Of a DNA stretch of 53,696 bases, positions 20,119-30,134 are shown one piece after another. The DNA comes from Terriglobales bacterium (GTDB taxonomy: Bacteria > Acidobacteriota > Terriglobia > Terriglobales > Acidobacteriaceae). The DNA lies in contig JAICLA010000001.1 of the NCBI GenBank assembly GCA_025927695.1, forward strand, positions 1 through 53,696, given 5' to 3'. The notes below the pieces were generated by a model. That model was not told the origin of the DNA and made no database searches. It was given only the letters and a program-made list of their open reading frames with translations. The position numbers were made by a program, and so were the translations under genes. Each line of letters opens with the position of its first letter. The first letter of the stretch is position 1.

Positions 20119-20730
20119 CTATTTTTTGTCCGCAGGCTTTGTCTGCTGCGCTTGCCGCTCCGCCGTCCAGGGCGGAACGACGCCGATATCGCGCGCATAA
20201 GCGATAGATTGTCCTAAATGTTCTGATTGGTGGGTAACGGAGATGAGCATCGCGTTGGCTACGGTGCTGTCTTTGCCGTAGATCTTTATCGCTTTGGCCA
20301 TATCGGCGTCAGATAGGTTTTGCACCGTCTGTCGCAAAAAAGCGAATGATTTCTTGAGAGTGTCAACGGTCTTGGCTTTGTCGGTCGCGGACTTTTCAAA
20401 TTCCCGCGGATTAACATCAGAAGGAATGGTCGCGCCCATCATGCGGGCATAAGAGTAGTTGCCGCCGGCCATGTGCATGAATACTTCGCCCACTGAGCGC
20501 ACGCCTTCACCCGGGCGCCACGAATATTTTTCCTGAGGCGCAGCTTCGGCAAGGGCCACAGTCTCTTTCTCTAGATGATCAAAAGCTTCAAAGTAGTTCG
20601 CCTTGAAACTGCCAGCAGGCGCTGTCGTTGATTTTGCTGTGTCACTGCCCATCTTCATGCCGGCGCATTGCGCGGCGGCAATAGATGCCATCATGATGGC
20701 GCTCATAAGAATGACCACAAGTTTCTTCAT
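20119..20730 (-). CDS. DinB family protein with signal peptide
   Basis: 203 aa with signal peptide MKKLVVILMSAIMMASIAAAQ. The string HQSEHLGQSIAYAR is present. RBS AAGGAG lies upstream. Confidence 0.75.
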   Translation of the reverse strand: MKKLVVILMSAIMMASIAAAQCAGMKMGSDTAKSTTAPAGSFKANYFEAFDHLEKETVALAEAAPQEKYSWRPGEGVRSVGEVFMHMAGGNYSYARMMGATIPSDVNPREFEKSATDKAKTVDTLKKSFAFLRQTVQNLSDADMAKAIKIYGKDSTVANAMLISVTHQSEHLGQSIAYARDIGVVPPWTAERQAQQTKPADKK

Positions 20731-20790
20731 AAAACACTCTCCTTCTTGCAGGCGAAAGTATACCGCGTAGGTTGCGGGTGTATCCCGCCG

Positions 20791-21594
20791 CTAACCGCCA
20801 GTCGCAAAACCGGGGTACAGCGTCATGCCGCCATCCACGAACAATGTTGTGCCAGTCACGTAATCGGATTCGTCGGATGCAAGCCAGACCGCCGCTTTGG
20901 CGATGTCTATCGGCTTGCCGGCGCGGCCGTACGGGATCAACGTTAGCAGCGATTTCAATGCTTCAGGTGTGTCCCACGCCGAGGTGTTGATAGGCGTCTC
21001 GATCGCGCCAGGCCCAATGCTGTTAACGCGAATCTTCAGAGGCGCCAGCTCCTGCGCCATCGACTTCATCAGCAGCATCACGCCGCCTTTTGACGCAGCG
21101 TAATTTACGTGCCCGGCCCAGGGAATGACCTCATGTACGGAACTCATGCAAATGATCTTGCCGAGCGCCTTCGAACGCGACGGCACCATTCCGCGCCGGA
21201 TGAATTCCTTGGCTGCTTCACGCGCGCACAGGAATTGTCCTTTGAGATTCACGTTAAGCACCAGGTCCCATTGCGCCACGGTCATGTCAACCAGTCGCGA
21301 ATCTTTCTGCAGGCCGGCGTTGTTGACGAGAATATCCACCGTTCCAAAGTTTTTTACCGTTTCGGCGAACATTGCCTGCACGTCAGCTTCGTTGCTCACG
21401 TCCGCTTTGCAGCACATGGCCTTGCCGCCTTCAGCGTTGATCTTCGCCATGGTGTCATTAGCTAGGCCGGGATCGCCACCCGGATAATTCACCACAACAT
21501 TGGCGCCTTCTGCCGCCATCTCAATGGCTACCGCTTTTCCAATCCCGGAACTTGAGCCGGTTATGATTGCCGTCTGTCCTTCTAGTCGTTTCAT
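20791..21594 (-). CDS. glucose 1-dehydrogenase (classical SDR)
   Basis: 267 aa with TGSSSGIGK cofactor motif, NNAG, MSSVHEVIPW, YAASKGG and GPGAIETPIN. It is nearly colinear with Bacillus-type glucose 1-dehydrogenase as I remember it (not computed). Confidence 0.75.
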   Translation of the reverse strand: MKRLEGQTAIITGSSSGIGKAVAIEMAAEGANVVVNYPGGDPGLANDTMAKINAEGGKAMCCKADVSNEADVQAMFAETVKNFGTVDILVNNAGLQKDSRLVDMTVAQWDLVLNVNLKGQFLCAREAAKEFIRRGMVPSRSKALGKIICMSSVHEVIPWAGHVNYAASKGGVMLLMKSMAQELAPLKIRVNSIGPGAIETPINTSAWDTPEALKSLLTLIPYGRAGKPIDIAKAAVWLASDESDYVTGTTLFVDGGMTLYPGFATGG

Positions 21595-21598
21595 GTGA

Positions 21599-24355
21599 CT
21601 AATCTCCTGCGGATCTCATGATCGCCGTCTTGGTAGTGATGCGACTCCGGCTGCGTCGCTCCGGTCGCTGCGCATCGCCGGATTGCTGGATGAGTTTGGC
21701 GACAAGGCCCGTCCATCCGGTCTGATGGCTTGCGCCTACTCCGCGGCCGATGTCGCCATGGAAATATTCATAGAACTGGATCAGGTCTTTCCAATGTGGA
21801 TCGTTCTGGAAGCGTTCATCAGCGCCATTTACTGGCCGCCGCCCATCCGCACCGCGCAGGAAGATTCGCGCCAGCCGGTGCGAGATCTCTTCCGCCACCT
21901 GGTCGAGCGTCTTCAATTGACCGGAGCCGACAGGACACTCTACTTTATATGTGTCGCCCAGATAGTAGGCGAACTTCTGCAGTGACTCGATAAGAAGAAA
22001 ATTCACCGGAAACCAAATAGGTCCGCGCCAATTGGAATTGCCGCCGAAGAGGCCTGATGTGGATTCACCAGGTTCGTAATCCACGCTACGTTCGACGCCG
22101 TCCATATCCATCTTGAACGGATGGTCCTTATGGAAGCGCGAAAGCGCTCGAATGCCGTAATCAGAAAAGAATTCGTTCTCGTCCAGCATGATCTTCAGGA
22201 TGCGCTTTAATTTTTCCGCGTCCACGATGGAGAGCAGCCGCCGTTCGCCTACGCCACGCTTGCGCATGGAAGCGATGTTTGAAGTCAGCTCCGGACGGTT
22301 CGCGATGAACCACTCCATGCGCCGCTTGAATCCCGGCATCTTGTTGAGCAGATCATCTTCCAGTGTTTCCACCGCGAAGAGTGGGATGAGCCCGACCATG
22401 GAGCGCACACGCATCGTCTGATCGCCTTTTTCCGGCGTATGCAATATGTCGTAAAAGAATCCATCGGTGTCATCCCACATACCCGTGGAAGTATCTGACC
22501 CGCGGTGGTTCATCGCGTAAGCGATGTAGATGAAGTGCTCCCAGAATTTACTGGCCACGTCTTCGTAAACCGGATCTTCGTCTGCGAGCTCGAACGCCAT
22601 GGCCATAAGGTTCAGCGTATACATGGCCATCCAACTGGTGCCGTCAGATTGCTCGATGAATCCGCCAGTGGGCAGTGGCGCGCTGCGGTCGAATACCCCG
22701 ATGTTATCGAGTCCAAGGAATCCGCCTTGAAAGATGTTGTTGCCTTGCGCATCTTTGCGATTTACCCACCAGGTGAAATTGAGCATGAGTTTCTGAAAGA
22801 CGCGCTCGAGAAACGCGCGATCGCCCACTCCGCGACGCTTTTTCTCGATCTTGTAAACGCGCCACGCCGCCCAGGCATGCACCGGCGGGTTCACATCACC
22901 GAACGCCCATTCGTATGCGGGAAGCTGTCCGTTGGGGTGCATGTACCACTCGCGCAGCATCAGCACGAGTTGCTCTTTCGCAAAATCAGAATCGACCAGC
23001 GACAGCGCAATGCAGTGGAACGCCAGGTCCCAGGCCGCGTACCACGGATACTCCCACTTATCCGGCATGCTGAGCACGTCAGCGTTGTAGAGATGAGTCC
23101 ACTCGTGATTGCGCCCCTCTTTGCGCTCGGGCGGCGGGATCGGCTGGCCGGGGTCGCCATCCAGCCAGCGCTTCACCTCGTAGTGGTAGAACTGCTTCGA
23201 CCACAACATGCCGCCAAGCGCCTGCCGCATGACCAGCTTAGAGTCATCGGTAAGTTTGTCTGGGATGACCGTCGCGTAGAATTCGTCCGCCTCTTTCTTG
23301 CGCGCAGTGAAAGTTTTTTCGAAGTCTGCGGAGAACGGATCCGCGGTCTTCAACTCCGCATCAGACAAACGCAACCGCACTATCGCACTCTCTCCCGGAG
23401 GAACTTGCAATTCGTAAAGCGCTGCAGCCTTCGTCCCGGTCTGTGCCGGATTCACCGCGTCAGTCTTGCCCGCGATCACGTAGTCGTGGAAAGCGTCTTT
23501 TACATACGGCGTGCGATTGGGCGCGTTCCATAGCCGCGCGGCATTACTCTCATTCTCAGTGAAAAGCAACTTCGGCGAGCCCTCGCAAAAGAGATAGCGC
23601 TGCCGATAATAACTATGTTTTGCGCTAACGACTGAACCTTGACTCTTGTTGCCGGTCTCTTTCTTGATCTCAGGGCGCGCAATGCTCGGCTCCCAAGTCC
23701 ATTCATTGCGGAACCAGAGGGTAGGCAACAGAGTGAGCTTGGCCGTTTCCGGCCCACGATTCGCGACAGTGATCTGTATCAGGATGTCTTCAGACGTTGC
23801 CTTCGCATACTCCACGAACACGTCAAAATATTTGTCCTCAGCGAAGATTCCGGTGTCCGCCAATTCGAACTCGGGCTCCGCTTTCGAACGCCGCGCATTT
23901 TCTTCAACCAACTGCTCGTAGGGATATGCACTCTGCGGATACTTGTACAAATACTTCATGTACGAGTGCGTCGGCGTGCTGTCCAGATAGAAGTAATACT
24001 CTTTGCAGTCTTCGCCGTGGTTGCCCTGATTGCCGGTGAGTCCGAAGAGGCGCTCTTTCAGGATACGGTCTTTGCCGTTCCACATTGCCAGCGCAAAGCA
24101 GATGTACTGGTGACGGTCACAGATACCGGCGATGCCATCTTCATTCCAGCGATACGCGCGCGAGCGCGCTGCCTCATGCGGAAAATATTCCCACGCAGTG
24201 CCATTGGCGCTGTAATCCTCGCGCACGGTGCCCCACGCGCGCTCAGCCAAGTACGGACCCCAGCGTTTCCAATGCGTAGTGCGGTCCTCTGATTGAAAGA
24301 GGCGCACCTCTTCAGCGGTGCGTTTTTTTTGGGCTGGATCAGTCTTTCCGGGCAT
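21599..24355 (-). CDS. GH63-like / MGH1-like six-hairpin glycoside hydrolase (glucosidase)
   Basis: 918 aa. The N-terminal [21 protein letters not shown] is characteristic of this roughly 900-aa glucosidase family. An (alpha/alpha)6-type C-terminal half is present. Its stop lies 4 nt upstream of the dehydrogenase start. Confidence 0.6.
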   Translation of the reverse strand: MPGKTDPAQKKRTAEEVRLFQSEDRTTHWKRWGPYLAERAWGTVREDYSANGTAWEYFPHEAARSRAYRWNEDGIAGICDRHQYICFALAMWNGKDRILKERLFGLTGNQGNHGEDCKEYYFYLDSTPTHSYMKYLYKYPQSAYPYEQLVEENARRSKAEPEFELADTGIFAEDKYFDVFVEYAKATSEDILIQITVANRGPETAKLTLLPTLWFRNEWTWEPSIARPEIKKETGNKSQGSVVSAKHSYYRQRYLFCEGSPKLLFTENESNAARLWNAPNRTPYVKDAFHDYVIAGKTDAVNPAQTGTKAAALYELQVPPGESAIVRLRLSDAELKTADPFSADFEKTFTARKKEADEFYATVIPDKLTDDSKLVMRQALGGMLWSKQFYHYEVKRWLDGDPGQPIPPPERKEGRNHEWTHLYNADVLSMPDKWEYPWYAAWDLAFHCIALSLVDSDFAKEQLVLMLREWYMHPNGQLPAYEWAFGDVNPPVHAWAAWRVYKIEKKRRGVGDRAFLERVFQKLMLNFTWWVNRKDAQGNNIFQGGFLGLDNIGVFDRSAPLPTGGFIEQSDGTSWMAMYTLNLMAMAFELADEDPVYEDVASKFWEHFIYIAYAMNHRGSDTSTGMWDDTDGFFYDILHTPEKGDQTMRVRSMVGLIPLFAVETLEDDLLNKMPGFKRRMEWFIANRPELTSNIASMRKRGVGERRLLSIVDAEKLKRILKIMLDENEFFSDYGIRALSRFHKDHPFKMDMDGVERSVDYEPGESTSGLFGGNSNWRGPIWFPVNFLLIESLQKFAYYLGDTYKVECPVGSGQLKTLDQVAEEISHRLARIFLRGADGRRPVNGADERFQNDPHWKDLIQFYEYFHGDIGRGVGASHQTGWTGLVAKLIQQSGDAQRPERRSRSRITTKTAIMRSAGD

Positions 24356-24480
24356 AAGGGTCGACCGGTGAGAAGCACGCCCATGTTACAGCGCATTGGG
24401 GGAAAGTAAAGAGGGACGGCGTGATTTAGCTGAATTTTAGACAGTGATACGCCCGCGGTCGAAGGTGAGAAAATAGTTTT

Positions 24481-26427
24481 ATGATCCAGCTCTCAGGCGC
24501 AGGTAAGCGCTTTGGCCATAAATTATTGTTTGAAGGGCTGGATTGGCTCATCACGCCGCGCGACCGTATTGGCCTGGTTGGCGGCAATGGAACCGGAAAA
24601 TCCACTCTGATGAAAGTGCTGGCGGGCCTTGATTCGCTGGACTACGGCACCATTAATCGCGCCAAGGGATTGACCGCGGGATATCTGCCGCAAGACGGCT
24701 TGCAACTTTCTGGGCGAACTGTCTTCGCTGAATGCATGACAGTATTCGACGACCTGCGGCAGATGGAAACAGACCTTGAGACCCTGACGCGGAAGATGTC
24801 AGAGCTCGACCACGCAGGATCCGAGTACGCGCAAGTCGCGGACCGCTTTCACGCCATCGAGAATGAATTCCGCACTCGTGACGGATACGCCGTCGAATCG
24901 CAAGTAGGCGCCGTTCTGCAAGGCCTCGGATTCGGCAAAGACGATTGGGCCCGTCGCACCGAAGAATTCTCCGGTGGATGGCAGATGCGCATCTCGCTCG
25001 CCAAGCTTTTGCTTGCGAAACCAAACCTGCTCCTTCTCGACGAACCGACCAACCATCTCGATCTAGAAACCCGCAACTGGCTGGAAGAATATCTCGCCGA
25101 CTATCCGCACGCCTATGTGCTGATCTCCCATGATCGATACTTCCTCGATGTGACCGTCAAGAAGATCGCGGAGATCTGGAACAAGCGCGTGTTCTTCTAC
25201 ACTGGAAACTATGACAAGTTCCTCGCGCAGAAAGAAGAGCGCCGCTCGCAGCTTGTCTCCGCGTATAAAAATCAGCGCGAAAAGATCGAACAACTGGAAG
25301 CATTCATCAACCGCTTCCGCTACCAAGCCACCAAAGCCAAGCAGGTGCAATCGCGCATCAAGGAACTTGAAAAGATCGAGCGTATTGAGATTCCTCCGGA
25401 AGAGAAGACCATCCACTTCACCTTCCCGCAACCAAAACCCAGCGGCCGCCTCGTCGCCGAATGCTCAGCCATGGCCAAGAGCTACGGCACGAAGCAAGTA
25501 TTCAGCAATGTTGACTTCATCATTGAGCGCGGGGACCGTATCGCGCTGGTGGGCGTGAACGGCGCGGGAAAATCGACACTCATCAAAATGCTCGCCGGCA
25601 CTGAACCGCTCACCGCCGGCACTTACAAGCTGGGCCACAACGTTGATGCCGATTACTTCGCGCAAGATCAATACAAGGAGCTCGACCCCAGTGCGCGCGT
25701 TCTCGACGATCTCGGCGAAGTGGCCCCGCTAGCCACGCAGACTGATTTGCGCAGCTTGCTTGGCTGTTTCCTCTTTTCTGATGACGACGTCTTCAAGCCC
25801 ATCGGCGTGCTTAGCGGTGGCGAGCGCAATCGCTACGCTCTCGCGCGAATGCTGTTCCGCCCATCCAACTTCCTTCTGCTTGACGAGCCTACCAATCATT
25901 TAGATATGCGGGCGAAAGACGTGCTGCTCGATGCTCTGCAGAAATTCACCGGCACGGTCGTCTTCGTCTCGCACGACCGCTACTTCATTGACAAGCTGGC
26001 CACTCGTGTCTTCGAAGTCGGCGACGGCAAAGTCGAGGTCTTCCCAGGCAACTATGAAGATTACCTTTGGCGTAAGCAGGGCGGAAGTCGCCCCGCCGAA
26101 CAAAGCCCAGCAGCTCTACAGCCGAAGGCATCAAACAACGGCACACCTCACGCCTCCACTGAGGCGATTCTCGTGATCGAGAGCGAGCCCAAGCAGAAAC
26201 GCCTCAATCCCATCAAGTTGAAGCAGATGAAAGAGCGTTGCGCAGAGATCGAAGAAGAGATCGCGCGCCTCGAGGCGGGCATCGCCGACTGCGAAAATGC
26301 GTTGACAACCTTTGTCAGCGCGGAAGAGACTGCAAGGCGCACCGGCGAATTGAAATCTCATAAAGACAGCCTGCAAGACTTGATGCAAGAGTGGGAAGAG
26401 GTTTCCGCCGCCATTGAAGGCCAATGA
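24481..26427 (+). CDS. ABC-F family ATPase (Uup/EttA-like, no TM domain, C-terminal coiled coil)
   Basis: Two Walker A motifs (GGNGTGKST, GVNGAGKST), two signature motifs (FSGGWQMR, LSGGERNR) and two Walker B motifs (LLLLDEPTNHLD, FLLLDEPTNHLD). A charged interdomain linker and a C-terminal coiled coil are present. Confidence 0.9.
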   Translation: MIQLSGAGKRFGHKLLFEGLDWLITPRDRIGLVGGNGTGKSTLMKVLAGLDSLDYGTINRAKGLTAGYLPQDGLQLSGRTVFAECMTVFDDLRQMETDLETLTRKMSELDHAGSEYAQVADRFHAIENEFRTRDGYAVESQVGAVLQGLGFGKDDWARRTEEFSGGWQMRISLAKLLLAKPNLLLLDEPTNHLDLETRNWLEEYLADYPHAYVLISHDRYFLDVTVKKIAEIWNKRVFFYTGNYDKFLAQKEERRSQLVSAYKNQREKIEQLEAFINRFRYQATKAKQVQSRIKELEKIERIEIPPEEKTIHFTFPQPKPSGRLVAECSAMAKSYGTKQVFSNVDFIIERGDRIALVGVNGAGKSTLIKMLAGTEPLTAGTYKLGHNVDADYFAQDQYKELDPSARVLDDLGEVAPLATQTDLRSLLGCFLFSDDDVFKPIGVLSGGERNRYALARMLFRPSNFLLLDEPTNHLDMRAKDVLLDALQKFTGTVVFVSHDRYFIDKLATRVFEVGDGKVEVFPGNYEDYLWRKQGGSRPAEQSPAALQPKASNNGTPHASTEAILVIESEPKQKRLNPIKLKQMKERCAEIEEEIARLEAGIADCENALTTFVSAEETARRTGELKSHKDSLQDLMQEWEEVSAAIEGQ

Positions 26428-27323
26428 AAAAACTTTTTATCGTATTGTTATTCACCCTCGCGGCATTCGCGCAGTCGAAGACACAGATCGTGATGTTGGG
26501 TACGGGTAACCCCAACCCTGATCCTGACCATTCCGGTCCTGCCACCGCCATCGTCGTGAACGGCACCGCGTATCTCGTTGATTGCGGCCCCGGTGTTGTC
26601 CGGCGCGCCGCCGCTGCTGCCGATAAATACAAACTCGACGCGCTAAAAGCACAGAACCTGAAGATCGTGTTTATCACGCACCTTCATTCTGACCATACCC
26701 TGGGTCTGCCGGACCTCATCTTCACCGGCTGGACCATGGACCGCACGGATCCCCTGAAGATTTATGGTCCTCGCGGTACAAAAAACATGGCTGACCACAT
26801 CGAGGCTGCCTATGCGGAAGATATCCGTATTCGCACCACTGGTGGCCAGCCTCACAATGAAACCGGATACAAAGTGGATGTCCATGAGATTCCGTCCGGC
26901 GGCGACCCACACGAGATATACAAGGATGCCAACATCACCGTCACTCCATTCGCCGTGAAGCATGGAAGCTGGAACACCCCCGGTGATGACCGCGCCTTCG
27001 GCTATATCTTTCAAACTGCAGACCGCAAGATCGTTCTCTCGGGAGACACCGCACCAACAGACGCGATCGTGAAAGCTTGCAATGGATGTGACGTACTCAT
27101 CCACGAAGCGTACTCACAAGCCGGTTTCGATAAGCGTACGCCGGATTGGAAGGCGTATCATTCGCGCTATCACACTTCCGCTCCGCAGCTAGCGAAGATC
27201 GCCTCTGCTGCCAAGCCTGGCTTGCTCATCCTTTATCACCAGATGCCAATGGGACAGGTCATCGAAATCGAGAAGTCATATTCCGGTAAAGTGGTCACCG
27301 CTCATGATTTGGACATCTACTAA
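26424..27323 (+). CDS. secreted MBL-fold metallo-hydrolase
   Basis: 299 aa with signal peptide MKKLFIVLLFTLAAFAQS and HLHSDH (HxHxDH). The ATGA start overlaps the ABC-F stop. Confidence 0.8.
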   Translation: MKKLFIVLLFTLAAFAQSKTQIVMLGTGNPNPDPDHSGPATAIVVNGTAYLVDCGPGVVRRAAAAADKYKLDALKAQNLKIVFITHLHSDHTLGLPDLIFTGWTMDRTDPLKIYGPRGTKNMADHIEAAYAEDIRIRTTGGQPHNETGYKVDVHEIPSGGDPHEIYKDANITVTPFAVKHGSWNTPGDDRAFGYIFQTADRKIVLSGDTAPTDAIVKACNGCDVLIHEAYSQAGFDKRTPDWKAYHSRYHTSAPQLAKIASAAKPGLLILYHQMPMGQVIEIEKSYSGKVVTAHDLDIY

Positions 27324-28527
27324 AAGCGCGGTTCGCCTTGTAATACTGCTTCTGGTCACAGTTCCAGCCGTCGCCCAATCCCTTGACTTCGCCCTCAAGT
27401 CCGGCGATCGCGTCGTCTTCTTCGGGGACAGCATCACAGAGCAGCGCCTTTACACCTCGTATGTTCAGCAGTTCGTGATCAGCCGCTATCCGGATCTGAA
27501 CGTCACGTTCATCAACTCCGGATGGACGGGCGACACGGTCAATGGCAATCCCTGCGCTCCCTGCGCGGGCGTTGGCGCGCTCGCACGCATTGAGCGCGAT
27601 GTAGTCGCGTACAAGCCGACGGTCGTCACATTACTGTTCGGAATGAACGATGGGCTATACAAAGATTTTGATCCCGATCTGATGAAGACCTACACGGATG
27701 GTCTGTCGCAGATCATTGCCATCATCAAGCGCGAGACTCACGCGCGTATCTATGTAATGACGCCGACCGTTTATGACGCGGAAATGAAGACAACGTGGTC
27801 TCATACTGACAAATACAACGAAGTGCTCGACCGCTACAGCGAAGCCGCGAAAGAAGTTGCGCGGCGAGAAAATCTGCCCGTGATCGATCTGCACACGGCA
27901 ACGACTTCAGCGCTCACAAATGCCCGGAAGATCGACAAGTCATACACATTCTTCGGGCAGGGAGATGGCGTCCATCCGAAGCCGGAGGGTCATGCCGTGA
28001 TGGCTGCTGAGATCATCAATGCCTGGGGAGGCCATGCAACGAATGTAAGCATCGCAGATCAGCTTTGGAGTAATGCAGCAAGAGAACACACCTTCGAGGC
28101 CACCGCTCCAATCCCCTGGCCGGCATTCAAGCTTTCTGACACCATCCTGAAGGCTGATCCTACGCTGGCCCAGATTTCCGGCGAAACATTCACGCTCGGC
28201 AGCATCCCGCCAGGCAAGTATTCAGTCACCGTCGACGGCAGCAACGCAGGAGCATTCACCGCCGAACAGATCATGAAAGCTGGCATCTCGCTTTCCGCAT
28301 CGGATGCCGCAATGAAGGAATCCGCCTACCTCGCCAAGGCAGTTCGCGACAAAGAAGACCTCGAATACATGCGCTGGCGAACTCTGGCGAGATTTGCGAA
28401 CCTTAAATCGACCGCCGCCGCACAAGCTGAAGTGCAGAAGATGACGCAAGAGCAGTTCGCTGTCGCCTGCGAAAAAGCTAAGCCTCACAAATACCAGATT
28501 GTTCTCCTCGAGAAGGAGAGCAAATGA
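27304..28527 (+). CDS. secreted SGNH/GDSL hydrolase with C-terminal extension
   Basis: 407 aa with signal peptide ...LLLVTVPAVAQS. Block I is FFGDSITE, block III is GMNDG and block V is DGVHP. An extra C-terminal region of about 170 aa follows. It overlaps the previous gene by 20 nt. Confidence 0.8.
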   Translation: MIWTSTKSAVRLVILLLVTVPAVAQSLDFALKSGDRVVFFGDSITEQRLYTSYVQQFVISRYPDLNVTFINSGWTGDTVNGNPCAPCAGVGALARIERDVVAYKPTVVTLLFGMNDGLYKDFDPDLMKTYTDGLSQIIAIIKRETHARIYVMTPTVYDAEMKTTWSHTDKYNEVLDRYSEAAKEVARRENLPVIDLHTATTSALTNARKIDKSYTFFGQGDGVHPKPEGHAVMAAEIINAWGGHATNVSIADQLWSNAAREHTFEATAPIPWPAFKLSDTILKADPTLAQISGETFTLGSIPPGKYSVTVDGSNAGAFTAEQIMKAGISLSASDAAMKESAYLAKAVRDKEDLEYMRWRTLARFANLKSTAAAQAEVQKMTQEQFAVACEKAKPHKYQIVLLEKESK

Positions 28528-30134
28528 AGTCCACCTTCTCGTGCTGTGTACCTGTCGGGCTGAGTCTGCTGATGGTTGCGGCTGCCCATGCCCAGCAACA
28601 AGACAGTAAGCCTGAGCCGTCTCCCATCATCAAGGCACGCGCGCTTTACCGCACCGGCAAGCTGGACGATGCGCTGGCCGCGTACCAGGCGATCATCGCC
28701 AGCGATCCAAAGTCTGGTGACGCTTATGCCGGCGAGGCGCGCGTTCTTCTCAAGAAGGAAAAAATCGCCGATGCCGAAGCTGCCGCACGTAAAGGCATCG
28801 AGCTGGACCCGAAGTCAGATGATGCGCATGTGGCCCTCGGTGAAGTCGATTTCCGTAAGGCCTTCATCGCCGAAGCACAGCAAGAATTCGTGGAAGGCTT
28901 AAAGATCAATGATCGGAACGCGCGGGCGTTGCTGGGGCGGGCCAGGATCTTTCGCTCGATCTCGCTCTACAAACACGCGCATGATTTTATTGTTCTGGCC
29001 CATCAGTACGACCCGACCGACCCAGAGATTCAGCGCTTCTGGCTTTCCACGTTGAGTTCTGCGCAAGAAATATCGGAGTTGGAGCGTTATCTATCCGGTG
29101 TCCACAATGACGATGCGGACGAGCTGGGCAACATGATGTCTTATCTCGCGCTGCTGAAGGAACGCGACAAAGAACCGCAGAAGCGCTGCCAGTTGGTCTC
29201 GCATCCAGAACAGGCCACTATCCCACTTGAGAAGTTCATGGATGGTCCCAACCGTTACTTCGGTATCGGAATGAAGGTGGCTGTAAATGGCCGGAAGACA
29301 TATCTCCAGGTAGATACTGGCGCCAGTGGCATCCTGCTTTCACCAAAGTTCGCAGAAAAAAGTGGCATCACACCTCTGGTGCACGCAAAGATGGGCGGAG
29401 TCGGCGATAAAGGCCCGGTGGACAGTTATGTGGGAATGGCTGATTCCATCCATATTGGCGATCTCGAATTCCAGAATTGCATGGTCGAAGTGTCAGAGAA
29501 AAAAACGGCGCTCGAGTCCAATGGTCTGATCGGCGCAGATATCTTTGACAAGTATTTGGTCACGCTTGATATTCCAAATTCCAAAATGCAACTTACAGCG
29601 CTGCCCCAGCGGCCGGATCAGCGCACCTCCTCACCCAAGCCCGCCGAGCCGGAGATCCTTGAGTCAGATTCCATCACGAATGATTCGAGTCCTCAGGACC
29701 GCTATATCGACCCTTTGATGAAGGATTTCAGTCAGGTCTTCCGTTTTGGACACATGTTGCTTATTCCTACGTCAGTCGGCACCAGCACGCCCAGGCTCTT
29801 TCTGATCGACACCGGTGCGACCAACAACCTTATATCGCCTGAAGCGGCGCGAGAGGTCACAAAGGTGAATGGCGACAACTACACGCGCGTGACGGGTATC
29901 AGCGGCAACGTGAAGCAGGTCTATCGCGCGGATAAAGCTCAGTTGCGTTTTTCGCACTATCGGCAAGACAATCAAGACATTCTCGCGTTCGACCTTTCAT
30001 CCATCAGCAAGCACACCGGCACTGAAGTCTCCGGTGCGCTGGGATTCACGCTTTTGCAAATGATGAAGCTCACGATCGACTACAGAGACGGTCTGGTAGA
30101 TTTCCAATACTCAGGTCCAACGGTGCGCCGATGA
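28524..30134 (+). CDS. secreted TPR-repeat protein with two retropepsin-like aspartyl protease lobes
   Basis: 536 aa with a signal peptide and N-terminal TPR repeats. There are two catalytic-type motifs: LQVDTGASGILLS (nt about 29313) and FLIDTGATNNLIS (nt about 29808). The ATGA start overlaps the previous stop. Confidence 0.7.
   Translation: MKSTFSCCVPVGLSLLMVAAAHAQQQDSKPEPSPIIKARALYRTGKLDDALAAYQAIIASDPKSGDAYAGEARVLLKKEKIADAEAAARKGIELDPKSDDAHVALGEVDFRKAFIAEAQQEFVEGLKINDRNARALLGRARIFRSISLYKHAHDFIVLAHQYDPTDPEIQRFWLSTLSSAQEISELERYLSGVHNDDADELGNMMSYLALLKERDKEPQKRCQLVSHPEQATIPLEKFMDGPNRYFGIGMKVAVNGRKTYLQVDTGASGILLSPKFAEKSGITPLVHAKMGGVGDKGPVDSYVGMADSIHIGDLEFQNCMVEVSEKKTALESNGLIGADIFDKYLVTLDIPNSKMQLTALPQRPDQRTSSPKPAEPEILESDSITNDSSPQDRYIDPLMKDFSQVFRFGHMLLIPTSVGTSTPRLFLIDTGATNNLISPEAAREVTKVNGDNYTRVTGISGNVKQVYRADKAQLRFSHYRQDNQDILAFDLSSISKHTGTEVSGALGFTLLQMMKLTIDYRDGLVDFQYSGPTVRR

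Noticed and set aside
22505-23533. 342-aa plus-strand ORF inside the glycosidase region.
   Set aside because: It is antisense to the 918-aa GH63-like gene. Its composition is R/H/V-rich and shadow-like, with no RBS or family signature.
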